Below, in pieces: positions 13,659-21,951 of a stretch of DNA of 35,488 nucleotides. The position numbers were made by a program, and so were the translations under genes. The notes under the pieces are model-generated. The model was not told where the DNA came from. It did no database searches and was given only the letters and a program-made list of their open reading frames with translations. How positions within the stretch are numbered: position 1 is the first letter of the stretch; every line of letters begins with the position of its first letter. Origin of the DNA: an uncultured Planctomycetales bacterium (GTDB lineage Bacteria > Omnitrophota > Gorgyraeia > Zapsychrales > Fredricksoniimonadaceae); the NCBI GenBank assembly GCA_964479285.1, contig CAYZLU010000002.1, forward strand, positions 1-35,488. The letters run 5' to 3'.

Positions 13659-13844
13659 ATGGAAAACCAAGTAATTGAGGAAGCGATCGCCAATATCGTT
13701 TCGACATCTGAGGCTTTAGACAGGTTTTGTAATGATCCCAAGAATTACAATTCTTTTGGTTCACAGATTTTAGAGCAAATGTCTTGGGAATTGCATAAGC
13801 AGGCAAATCTGCTAAGAGAATTCAAGTGCGACTATGGTTTTTAG
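13659..13844 (+). CDS. hypothetical protein
   Basis: Start set at 'MENQV' (ATG 13659), downstream of the previous stop. Confidence 0.45.
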   Translation: MENQVIEEAIANIVSTSEALDRFCNDPKNYNSFGSQILEQMSWELHKQANLLREFKCDYGF

Positions 13845-13851
13845 GAAAGTT

Positions 13852-13876
13852 CGGAGAGGAATTTTAATCCTCTCCG
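13852..13876 (+). promoter_or_regulatory. 9-bp stem hairpin CGGAGAGGA-N7-TCCTCTCCG without U-tract
   Basis: Read directly. Sits 8 nt after the stop of 13659..13844. Confidence 0.3.
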
Positions 13877-13947
13877 ATGAGAAAACACCTGGGAGTGCTA
13901 ACAACGCCAATATCATCAAAAAGTAAATTTAAGGAAAGGAAAATATT

Positions 13948-14613
13948 ATGTCTCAATCAGAATTAATTAACGAATTAGCGGCCGCTTTATCGAAAGCTCA
14001 GGGAGAAATGCAGGCAGCTATTAAAGATAAAATAAACCCGTTTTTCAAAAGTTCCTATGCCGACTTGGGTAGCGTATGGGATGCAGCTCGTCCCGTGCTC
14101 AGCAAGTATGGTCTTTGCGTGATGCAAACAACCGAACTTGCAGCTGATAGAAATCAGGTTATTATGGTAACGACTTTAGCGCATACTTCCGGTCAGTGGA
14201 TGAAATCATTTTTGCCGTTGAATCCGAGTAAAAACGACAGTCAGGGCATGGGGGCGGCGATTACATATTTAAGGAGATATTCCCTTTCCGCTATTGTTGG
14301 TGTCGTTTGTGATGAAGATGATGATGGAGAGACAGCAGTAGGAAGAGGAAAGGCTCAACACAGCCAGCCTATGACACAAGAAAAAGTTGCTCCGGTAGAG
14401 CGTTTAGGGCAGCCTGAGATTGTAGCGCTGACAAGTCAAATTCAAAGTTTAGATGAAGGAAGCAGGAAATCTTTTCTGGATTGGATTAAAAAGGACTTTA
14501 ATGCCTCTTCTATCCAGGATATCCCTAAAAACTGTTTTGATAAGTGCATGGTCTCTCTCAATGCTAAGATTAAATATTTAAAAGATCAGGAAAAAACCAT
14601 GGCGGTAGCATAA
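13948..14613 (+). CDS. erf: ERF-family single-strand annealing protein
   Basis: 'LAAALSKAQGEM', 'NPFFKSSYADLGSVWDA', 'LAHTSGQW', 'QGMGAAITYLRRYSL' and 'DEDDDGE' fit the ERF pattern. Strong SD. Confidence 0.85.
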   Translation: MSQSELINELAAALSKAQGEMQAAIKDKINPFFKSSYADLGSVWDAARPVLSKYGLCVMQTTELAADRNQVIMVTTLAHTSGQWMKSFLPLNPSKNDSQGMGAAITYLRRYSLSAIVGVVCDEDDDGETAVGRGKAQHSQPMTQEKVAPVERLGQPEIVALTSQIQSLDEGSRKSFLDWIKKDFNASSIQDIPKNCFDKCMVSLNAKIKYLKDQEKTMAVA

Positions 14614-15479
14614 TGAAAGTCATTGAATTGGAACAGGGATCGGAAGCATGGCTATCTTGGCGAAAGACGGTCATCACTGCAACAGACTGCCCAGCGATCC
14701 TGGGCTCTTCTCCCTGGTCAACGGCATATAAGTCCTGGCAAAGAAAGCTTGGTCTTATAGACGAGCAGCCGAGCAATGAGGCTATGGAGCGAGGCAAGCG
14801 CCTAGAGCCCAAGCTTAGGGCTCGTTTTATAGAGAAACATGTCCTCATGATGAGGCCTACTGTCGTCGAAAGTACAGAATATGATTTTTTAGGAGCCTCA
14901 CTCGACGGATTGTCCGGATGTAGTAAATATATTCTAGAGATTAAGACTGGCGGCAATCAGCTTTACAAAATGGCTTTTGAAGGTTCTATTCCTGATTATT
15001 ATATGCATCAGATTCAACACCAGCTTTTGGTAACGAGGGCGGAAAAGTGCTATTATTTCGTTGGTGGCGAGGATGAATCTAAAGATATAGTCCTTGAAGT
15101 CTATCCTGACCCCGATTTTGAAAAAGCCTATCTTTTACAGGCTAGAGCTTTTTGGAAATGCGTCGCCTTCAATGAGCCGCCTCCCTTGCAAGATAGCGAT
15201 TACAAGGACATGTCAAATACTCCATCTTGGAAAGGATATGCCGAACAATATCGCAAGCTTAGCGAGCAAATTAAAGGACTAGAAGAGCTCAAAGACAGTT
15301 ACCGTGCGGAACTCCTGAAATTGTGTGGCGATCAAAGCTGCATAGGAGGAGGCATAAAGGTTGTTAAAAACATTATGCGCGGTCGCGTTGCCTATGATGA
15401 AATTCCAGAGATCAAAGGGATCGACTTAGATAAGTATCGCAAGCCGACAACGACGACCTGGAAAATTCTCGTTGAATGA
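14613..15479 (+). CDS. YqaJ-type (lambda Exo-like, PD-(D/E)xK) recombination exonuclease
   Basis: 'QGSEAWLSWRKTVITATD', 'MERGKRLEP', 'ASLDGL...ILEIKT' and 'YYMHQIQHQL'. TAATG overlap with erf. Confidence 0.85.
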   Translation: MKVIELEQGSEAWLSWRKTVITATDCPAILGSSPWSTAYKSWQRKLGLIDEQPSNEAMERGKRLEPKLRARFIEKHVLMMRPTVVESTEYDFLGASLDGLSGCSKYILEIKTGGNQLYKMAFEGSIPDYYMHQIQHQLLVTRAEKCYYFVGGEDESKDIVLEVYPDPDFEKAYLLQARAFWKCVAFNEPPPLQDSDYKDMSNTPSWKGYAEQYRKLSEQIKGLEELKDSYRAELLKLCGDQSCIGGGIKVVKNIMRGRVAYDEIPEIKGIDLDKYRKPTTTTWKILVE

Positions 15480-15484
15480 AAAAG

Positions 15485-15520
15485 TAATCCCTATAGCACC
15501 CTAGATGGCTATAGGGATTA
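15485..15520. terminator. bidirectional terminator-like hairpin between convergent genes
   Basis: Perfect 13-bp stem TAATCCCTATAGC/GCTATAGGGATTA with a 10-nt loop. T-rich sequence follows on both strands. Confidence 0.55.
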
Positions 15521-15522
15521 TC

Positions 15523-15657
15523 TTAGCATCCTTTTTTCTTCATGGTTTTTTTCATGCCCATGCTTTCATGCTTCTTATCATTTTTCTTATCCATCTTCAT
15601 GAGCTTATCCATGCCCTTGTCCATGGCTTTCTTTTCTTTTTTAATGGCTTTATCCAT
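15523..15657 (-). CDS. possible 44-aa Lys/Met-rich peptide
   Basis: Hand translation gives MDKAIKKEKKAMDKGMDKLMKMDKKNDKKHESMGMKKTMKKKGC. AGGAAAGGA lies upstream. Low complexity. Confidence 0.25.
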   Translation of the reverse strand: MDKAIKKEKKAMDKGMDKLMKMDKKNDKKHESMGMKKTMKKKGC

Positions 15658-15808
15658 GTTTTTTTCCTTTCCTCGGTATTTTTGCGCCAGCTTTGCGAGC
15701 AACAGTCAGGGCTATAGCAACAGCTTGCTTAGGCTTTTTTCCTGCCGCTTCTTCAGCCTTTATGTTCTCACCGATAGCTTTTTTAGACGCACTTTTAATT
15801 AGCGGCAT
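15650..15808 (-). CDS. 52-aa conserved-looking small basic protein (below ORF-track cutoff)
   Basis: Hand translation gives MPLIKSASKKAIGENIKAEEAAGKKPKQAVAIALTVARKAGAKIPRKGKKHG. GAGG lies 6 nt upstream. The 'KQAVAIAL..ARKAGAK' motif is recalled from a family of small proteins. Confidence 0.5.
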   Translation of the reverse strand: MPLIKSASKKAIGENIKAEEAAGKKPKQAVAIALTVARKAGAKIPRKGKKHG

Positions 15809-16061
15809 TTGGAACTTCCTCTTGGGCAGCTGCAGGCTCTGAGCATGGGGCTGAGCAAGGAGCTGCTACTGCCGGCGCAGGTACATCTTTATGGCTTTGC
15901 AGGATCTCACAGATAGCATCAATGGCCGCATTTTTCCCATCGGCATCACGCATGTACTGTGCTTGTACAATGTTATTAATGTTAGCAATTTGTTGCAGGA
16001 GGCCAGCGGTATGTGTGTATTCCAGCCCTTCTCTGAAGAGTGCTTTGATTTTATCTAGCAT
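15795..16061 (-). CDS. hypothetical protein with Ala/Pro-rich tail
   Basis: 88-aa ORF in the operon. Confidence 0.5.
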   Translation of the reverse strand: MLDKIKALFREGLEYTHTAGLLQQIANINNIVQAQYMRDADGKNAAIDAICEILQSHKDVPAPAVAAPCSAPCSEPAAAQEEVPNAAN

Positions 16062-16093
16062 AGGTTTTCCTTTTTTTCATTTTGCTGTTTTTG

Positions 16094-16309
16094 TTATGGT
16101 TCGTCCTTATTTTGGACGTTAATAGAAATCTCAAGGTCTGTTTCCTTCTGAAAAGTTTCCTTTGAAACCTCTATTTTAATTGCTGTATCCGTAGCTATAT
16201 CTTCAATATCCTGTGCCACTTGCGGAAGATATTGACAAGCTACCATAAAAGGTAATAACAATAAAAAATAGTGCATATTTTTCCTTAACAGTTCAAGAAT
16301 TTCATTCAT
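16094..16309 (-). CDS. putative lipoprotein
   Basis: Signal peptide 'MNEILELLRKNMHYFLLLLPFMVA|C' with a lipobox-like MVAC. An alternative SD-backed start is at 16276. Lies immediately downstream of the tail-fibre gene. Confidence 0.55.
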   Translation of the reverse strand: MNEILELLRKNMHYFLLLLPFMVACQYLPQVAQDIEDIATDTAIKIEVSKETFQKETDLEISINVQNKDEP

Positions 16310-16320
16310 TTTATATCTTT

Positions 16321-19248
16321 TTAATAAGTCGCAACGCAACGGCCAGAAAAAAAGGAAACCTTGGTCGTTCCATTTAATCCACCGATATAAACGTTTTTAG
16401 TTACACCATCGACGCTGACATGGACATTGACTTTATACCCAGCAGGTAATCTCATGCGACTAGCTCCAGAGATTGTAACGCCATCGTCATTTGGTGCATC
16501 AGTTAAACGTGAAGCGGTAGAACCTTGAAGGTTACCAAATTCCAAAATGTTATAATCCACGTTAGATCCGTCTGTGGCCCATATCCACATGACAATGCGC
16601 GTATGTGCTGCCATATTGCCTGTGGTAGCCTGGAATCTGATTGCTGCCTCAAATTCGTATTCCCCCTGTACAGGAGTTGTATATAATGCCCCTGTACCTG
16701 TAGTGAAATTGCTATTTGCATCCCATCCAGGGCTTGTAACAGTATCGAAAGGCACAATATATTTTGTACCATCACCAGTCTGGGATGAAGTATTGGTGGA
16801 AAGATAGGCAAAAAACGTGTAGTTATTTAATGAATCTGCAATTGTGATGCTTCCAGCAGCATTCGTGATGCTTACGCCAGCTCCAGCATTTAGCGTCGAC
16901 CAGACAGGCTGTGCCCCTGTAGAACCAATGAGAACTTTACCATTCGTTGGCTGCCCTGGTGTCCATCCTATGGATTGCCAATTAGTGCCATCATAATAAA
17001 ATGCGCTTGCTCCCTCGTTTGTACTTATAGCATAAGAAGCAAGTCCATCGATTGTTTTAGCTGACTGAGCTTGCATTGTAATGTTATTAGTACCTGCGGC
17101 TCCAGATTCGTCTTTTACAACAAGAAAACTATTACCTGAGCTTGGCGTGGCCAACGTAATTGTTCTTGCGGCGGCTGTAGAGGTTACCGCGACTAAATAA
17201 TCTCCAGTGACCGTGGAATAATTCGTTGCGGTAGCCGTTCTCGAAAATTGTAGAGTTCCTAAAAGTCCTTGAGTTTTTGATGCGGCAGTATTGAAGTTAC
17301 GGTTAGTAACGGCAATTGCGACTGACCCCCAGGTAAAGATATCTGTACCATTATCACCAACCTTCATCGTTGACGTGCCAGAACGATAAATGCCGAAGGT
17401 GTTTTGAGCAGCAAAGCTATAGGATGGTGAGGTATTAGAACCATCCGATAATGTAGCCTGTGCCGTTGGGGTGGCTGCATTTGTAATTGTTAAAAAACTT
17501 ACATATGCCGATCCGTTATATCCTTGTATGAGTGCAGTGTTTCCTGACGTTGTTGTAGATCTTAAAGCACCTCCATTTCCTAGGGTTACGTTACCAAACG
17601 TTACCGATGATGTTGTCGCTATATCTTGAGGTGTTGTTAAAGTAACAGATCCAGTTTGAGATGATCCTGAAGTGCCGTTAGCAAGAACTTGGTTAGCTGT
17701 ACCAACTATAGCAGTCACTCCACTAGCAGGGGGAGCCTGCCAGGTAGGTGAGCTTCCGGCTCCATTACTAGTTAAGACGAAAGTAGACGTTCCAAAACCC
17801 AAAGAGCTTAACTGCCCGTTTGTATCTACTGCGACAGGAGCCGACGCTGAAACGGTAACGCCTGTTACACCAGCTAAAAAGGCTCTATTTTGTTGACCAG
17901 AGGATGACCCTGGCTTACCGATTCTAATTGTATTATTTTCGCCAGCGGTTCCATTTGTACCAATAACAATATTGGAGCTTTCTGACCCCGTGTAGCCGGT
18001 TCCTGCGGGGGAGCCTAGACAAATATTGTTTGTGCCGGTTAGTAACGAACCCAAACAACCTGAACCTATAGCAATGTTTGAACCTTGTGAAGAGGAACCA
18101 GTATAGCTTCCCATTGCGCTATTACCAACTACGGTATTGGAGGACGTGCTAACGGCATTAAGAAGGGCATTAGTTCCATAAACGACATTTGATACGCCGC
18201 TCGATAAAGAGGAAAGTGAAGAACCTAAAGAAAGATTCGATAAACCAAAATCAAGTGTTTGCGTTCCAGTGGTTCCCACGAATTGTACTGTAGCATGGGC
18301 AGTAAGAAGGTTCCAATTTCCTGCCACAGGGGCTATGCCCCCCCCGCTGTTGCCGGTGATCGTCTGACCAATTGAAGCCGAAGAAACTTCGCCTAATTGT
18401 CCTGAACTAGAAACATTGACGAAATTACCACTAACGGTTGTTCCTACAATACCAGCAAAAAAGGCGCGATTCTGTTGTCCAGCACTAGAACCTTGCGTTC
18501 CAATACGTATAGTATTAGATTCCGAAGCACTTCCTATATTATTTATTAATATATTTGAACTTTCTGCGCCTATATATGCATTTCCAGCGACAGCACCTAA
18601 AATAATATTTCTTACGCCAGTTAGTAGGTTTGCTGCACATGCTTGCCCTATAGCTATATTATTACCTGCACCTCCCGCACCCGATGTAAAGGATTTTAGT
18701 GCTTGCTGTCCAATAGCTACACATGCAGATCCAGCTGTTAGTGCATTAAGAGCTAGTTGACCTAATCCTACATTAGCAATACCTGAAACTGTGGGAGCGC
18801 TCCCTAAAATCAAGTTGGAGAGGCCAAAATCAAGTGTTTCTGTTCCGGCAGTTCCTACAAAAGTAACGGTTGCATTCGCTGTTAATAGGTTCCAATTTCC
18901 TGCCACAGGGGCTATGGCCCCCCCGCTGTTGCCGGTGATCGTCTGACCAAATCCACTGCCATTTAAAGTTACAAAACCATTGGCATCTACGGTGAAAAAA
19001 GTAGCATCAAAAGAAGCTAATCCGGCATGTGAAGCTGATGAGGAAGCGTTTGCCGAACTATATTGTACCTCGATTGTTATCGTATTTCCTGAACCTACAG
19101 TTTCAACAGGAATGCTATGCGCAGCAACCCCCTCTCCAAGGATTTCGATAGTATTTGCAATGGGAACGGCTTCTCCTACATTTGCTACAAATAACGTAGG
19201 AATCTCAGGGTGGGTGCCAATAAAATCAATTATTCCGGCTTGGGACAT
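16321..19248 (-). CDS. tail fibre / receptor-binding protein with internal ~193-aa tandem duplication
   Basis: 975 aa, Gly/Ser/Thr/Asn-rich beta-type repeats. 'GTANQVL' and 'G..GAQPVWSTL' fibre motifs. Duplicated block 'GQTITGNSGG.IAPVAGNWNLLTA...NTIRIG...GQQNRAF'. Confidence 0.8.
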   Translation of the reverse strand: MSQAGIIDFIGTHPEIPTLFVANVGEAVPIANTIEILGEGVAAHSIPVETVGSGNTITIEVQYSSANASSSASHAGLASFDATFFTVDANGFVTLNGSGFGQTITGNSGGAIAPVAGNWNLLTANATVTFVGTAGTETLDFGLSNLILGSAPTVSGIANVGLGQLALNALTAGSACVAIGQQALKSFTSGAGGAGNNIAIGQACAANLLTGVRNIILGAVAGNAYIGAESSNILINNIGSASESNTIRIGTQGSSAGQQNRAFFAGIVGTTVSGNFVNVSSSGQLGEVSSASIGQTITGNSGGGIAPVAGNWNLLTAHATVQFVGTTGTQTLDFGLSNLSLGSSLSSLSSGVSNVVYGTNALLNAVSTSSNTVVGNSAMGSYTGSSSQGSNIAIGSGCLGSLLTGTNNICLGSPAGTGYTGSESSNIVIGTNGTAGENNTIRIGKPGSSSGQQNRAFLAGVTGVTVSASAPVAVDTNGQLSSLGFGTSTFVLTSNGAGSSPTWQAPPASGVTAIVGTANQVLANGTSGSSQTGSVTLTTPQDIATTSSVTFGNVTLGNGGALRSTTTSGNTALIQGYNGSAYVSFLTITNAATPTAQATLSDGSNTSPSYSFAAQNTFGIYRSGTSTMKVGDNGTDIFTWGSVAIAVTNRNFNTAASKTQGLLGTLQFSRTATATNYSTVTGDYLVAVTSTAAARTITLATPSSGNSFLVVKDESGAAGTNNITMQAQSAKTIDGLASYAISTNEGASAFYYDGTNWQSIGWTPGQPTNGKVLIGSTGAQPVWSTLNAGAGVSITNAAGSITIADSLNNYTFFAYLSTNTSSQTGDGTKYIVPFDTVTSPGWDANSNFTTGTGALYTTPVQGEYEFEAAIRFQATTGNMAAHTRIVMWIWATDGSNVDYNILEFGNLQGSTASRLTDAPNDDGVTISGASRMRLPAGYKVNVHVSVDGVTKNVYIGGLNGTTKVSFFSGRCVATY
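18308..18371. repeat. 64-bp near-identical repeat, copy A (contains C8 = G8 on coding strand)
   Basis: 63/64 identical to 18887-18950. C8 lies at 18338-18345. Confidence 0.9.
18887..18950. repeat. 64-bp near-identical repeat, copy B (contains C7)
   Basis: 63/64 identical to 18308-18371, offset 579 bp (193 codons). Confidence 0.9.
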
Positions 19249-19901
19249 GCTGCACCTCTTTTATTGAGTCTTTCAATTAACGTGTAAATATTCTCAATCT
19301 TCTTTTCGATATAGAAGGCCGCTTTTTTATAGCGCAGAATTTCTCTTTCAATGCCCTCTTTATCTAACTTTGCGAGAGCATAATTTTGTTCACCCTTGAC
19401 CTGTATATCATCGAGGGCTTTTTGCATATCGTTACGCATTTTTGAAAATTCATCTTTTAGAGAAATGAATAAATCCTTGCATTGTCTCTGACAATCTTGG
19501 AAAGCAAGTAAATGATTATTAGTAACTTGTGAAATATTTTCTTCTATGCTTTTCTTATGCTTTTCAACATCTTCCTTACTAGATAAATTCACTTGGCTCT
19601 CTTGCAAAAGCCTATGCAGCTCCTCTATCGCCTTTCCTTGCGAGGCAATAATGAATTCATTAGTTTCTATCTTTACTTTCAAAAATCCGATTTCGGCTAA
19701 GAAGAATGTTTGAAAGGTTTTTATCTCCTCGTCATTCCTTTGACATATGGCTTCGAATTTTTGCATGGCAAGACGCAAATCATCTCTCAATGCTTGCATT
19801 TCCTTTTGATGAGAAGAAATGAGATGCTGATGCTCTCCTTCCTGTTTCTTCATAAGAAGATCAAGTCTTTTATCTGCCCTAGTAACCGGTTGTTGGGGCA
19901 T
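19230..19901 (-). CDS. coiled-coil protein
   Basis: Start set at 'MPQQPVTRADKRL'. Long heptad-rich helical sequence. Overlaps both neighbours. Confidence 0.55.
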   Translation of the reverse strand: MPQQPVTRADKRLDLLMKKQEGEHQHLISSHQKEMQALRDDLRLAMQKFEAICQRNDEEIKTFQTFFLAEIGFLKVKIETNEFIIASQGKAIEELHRLLQESQVNLSSKEDVEKHKKSIEENISQVTNNHLLAFQDCQRQCKDLFISLKDEFSKMRNDMQKALDDIQVKGEQNYALAKLDKEGIEREILRYKKAAFYIEKKIENIYTLIERLNKRGAACPKPE

Positions 19902-20244
19902 TCGTTGGTTGTGCATACATGACTTCAATGTAAACGGCTCCTTTCGATGGTGCAGAGGCATATTTGACATAAAACTGTGTGCCAATGGCGAAACAGAAAT
20001 CGTCATGGTTTACAGGTCTATGGTTAGTAGTTATGTCGAAAAGCTTAAAGCTACCTGCAGGCACCAAAATCTGATCGGTAGTCCCATTAGTACTTAAAAA
20101 AACGTCCTCATCGGAAGTATTAGTGAAGCATATAATCCTTGCTGGAAAGCCTAAAGGAGTTCCCAGAGCCACATATGACCCTGTGATACTGCTATAGGCT
20201 ACACTTCTAATAGCGTCAACCTTTGCTTGTGTGGTAAAACTCAT
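19879..20244 (-). CDS. hypothetical virion-associated protein (beta-rich)
   Basis: 121-aa ORF lying between the two fibre genes. Confidence 0.55.
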   Translation of the reverse strand: MSFTTQAKVDAIRSVAYSSITGSYVALGTPLGFPARIICFTNTSDEDVFLSTNGTTDQILVPAGSFKLFDITTNHRPVNHDDFCFAIGTQFYVKYASAPSKGAVYIEVMYAQPTNAPTTGY

Positions 20245-20255
20245 AGGGCCTCCGA

Positions 20256-21191
20256 TTAGTTCAGCACCAAGAATGTTAATACTAAAGATGCTGTGCTATT
20301 AGTCACTGCTGAAGCATTCTGAACAACTACAACGGACTGATTTGCTGAGTTTGTTACGCTTTGTATAGTAATAGCTGATCCTGTGGTGCCGCCTGTCAAT
20401 CCGTAAAGAACCTGAGTGCCAGAGCCACTGATGGAGCTGTTGCTTATTGTCATGGTGAAAGTTGCCCCAGCGTTAATTGTTGGGGTTGTTATTGTTATCT
20501 GTCCTGAACGACCGTTTAACGTTGCTGTTGTTGTTCCAGAGGTAGATCCGGAGTTAAGTGTAATACCGGCTCCTGCTGTGGTAGCCACAAAGCCTGTAGC
20601 GGCTGTCATGTTACCAGTAACGGAAGGCGAAGCTGTATAAGCTGGGATGACACCAACGCCACCACTTGCAAGAAGCTGGCCTACAGCGACGTCGGCAATT
20701 TGACCAATAACGTTACTTGCTGTAGCAGCAATTAAAGAACCGGCTGTTACGGTTGCTGGGTAAGTTGCCGTTGTCCAGGTAGGATCGGCAGAAGCGCCTC
20801 CTGATGTAAGCACTTGTCCGGCCGAGCCCGCAGCCGTTGCTACAATGGAACTAGTTCCTTCTCCGATCAAGACACCATGCGCTGTATAGGTTGCTGGAGT
20901 ATAAGGGCCGATTAAGGAAAGGACGACGTTCCCGGTCGTTGGAGTAGCAAGGATTTGATTAGCAGTACCAGTAACGGATAATACGTTTCCAGAATTTGTT
21001 GCAAATTGCACCCAATTGCCACCACCACCATAGAGATAAAAAGCTGTTGGAGCCTTTGGAGGGGTAAAAACCAGCTGACCAATTTCATAATTTGTTTGAT
21101 TGGATGTTGGTGCGGTTTCAAAAGGCAGTGGAGGAGGTAATACAGGGATGAGTGCCTGACCGATACCATAGACCTGAAACATCTTAGACAT
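20256..21191 (-). CDS. tail fibre-like protein
   Basis: Start set at 'MSKMFQVYG' (ATG 21191). 'GTANQILATP' and 'GQVLTSGGASADPTWTTA' motifs are shared with the 975-aa fibre. Confidence 0.7.
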   Translation of the reverse strand: MSKMFQVYGIGQALIPVLPPPLPFETAPTSNQTNYEIGQLVFTPPKAPTAFYLYGGGGNWVQFATNSGNVLSVTGTANQILATPTTGNVVLSLIGPYTPATYTAHGVLIGEGTSSIVATAAGSAGQVLTSGGASADPTWTTATYPATVTAGSLIAATASNVIGQIADVAVGQLLASGGVGVIPAYTASPSVTGNMTAATGFVATTAGAGITLNSGSTSGTTTATLNGRSGQITITTPTINAGATFTMTISNSSISGSGTQVLYGLTGGTTGSAITIQSVTNSANQSVVVVQNASAVTNSTASLVLTFLVLN

Positions 21192-21342
21192 GTGAATACT
21201 CCTGTTGTTGTTTAAAACGAAATTTGATGTATAAAATTCACGAGAGTCAATATTTATGTTTACAGATAAATGTAACGTTGACTTATAAAGCACACTATGA
21301 AACAATGATGTCTTATGTGTTCTTAATTAAAAGGGGGTTAAT

Positions 21343-21531
21343 ATGAATTTTTTAACCGTAGAAGAGTTTGCTCAGCGTATTAAAATGCATCCTGGAAGCG
21401 TTAGAAGATCTATAAAGCAAGGAAAAATCTTTGCTACAAGGCCGAGCATGGGTAAAAAAGGGCCCTACAGAATTGCGGAATCGGAACTGGAAAGATTACA
21501 TTTACAAGGTATGTGTGAGAAGGAAAAATAA
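21343..21531 (+). CDS. excisionase-family (MerR-like) HTH DNA-binding protein
   Basis: 'LTVEEFAQRIKMHPGSVRRSIKQGKI...YRIAESELERL'. GGGGG SD. Confidence 0.7.
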   Translation: MNFLTVEEFAQRIKMHPGSVRRSIKQGKIFATRPSMGKKGPYRIAESELERLHLQGMCEKEK

Positions 21532-21534
21532 TCA

Positions 21535-21951
21535 ATGAAGTTGAAAATTCAGCCCTCGGAATGTGATTGTGAAAAATGCTCAAGCATGTGTCATTCTCCT
21601 TGTTGTGGGACTCCTGAAGATATGGACAAACTTATGGATGCTGGCTATGGAGATAGGCTTATGTATGATGATTGGCCTGATGGAGAAACGATGTTAAAAC
21701 CAGCTTTAAAAGGATATGGAGGCGAAAGAGCGCCATGGGAGGTTTCCAGTTTAATGGGATGCACTTTTTGGAAAAAAGGAAAATGTGAACTGCATTCTTT
21801 AGGGTTAAAACCATCTTTAGGAAAATTAGCCATACATGATCAACCACAGGAAGAAAAAACTGAAATTTGTGAATTTATTGAAGAATCTTGGAAAAAGAAA
21901 AAGGCTAAAAAAACTTTAGAAAGATGGAAAAGAGAATATGCAAGTAATTGA
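21535..21951 (+). CDS. Cys-rich protein, possibly YkgJ/UPF0153-like metal-binding (tentative)
   Basis: 'CDCEKCSSMCHSPCCG' and 'GCTFWKKGKCELH'. Overlaps the rtcB start by 14 nt. Confidence 0.5.
   Translation: MKLKIQPSECDCEKCSSMCHSPCCGTPEDMDKLMDAGYGDRLMYDDWPDGETMLKPALKGYGGERAPWEVSSLMGCTFWKKGKCELHSLGLKPSLGKLAIHDQPQEEKTEICEFIEESWKKKKAKKTLERWKREYASN

Noticed and set aside
15540-15660. Eight CATG sites in about 120 bp as a possible methylase target cluster.
   Set aside because: It is explained by the repeated Met codons (…C ATG…) of the Lys/Met-rich peptide frame. There is no evidence on the methylase's specificity.
15505-15802. Plus-strand ORFs 15505..15717 and 15542..15802 (Phe/Leu/Met/His-rich).
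   Set aside because: These are low-complexity shadow frames of the Lys/Met-rich minus-strand coding region. They lie downstream of a terminator hairpin, have no SD, and the minus-strand ORFs have SDs and a recognisable motif.
16321-21191. Diversity-generating retroelement (template/variable repeats) in the tail-fibre genes.
   Set aside because: No reverse transcriptase ORF is present in the window. The repeats are in-frame coding duplications, and the single mismatch in the 64-bp island is C/G, not adenine-specific.
21343-21531. Xis-type HTH as evidence of a prophage integration module or att site.
   Set aside because: No integrase, tRNA or direct-repeat att candidates are visible in the window. 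This HTH family also includes ordinary transcription regulators.
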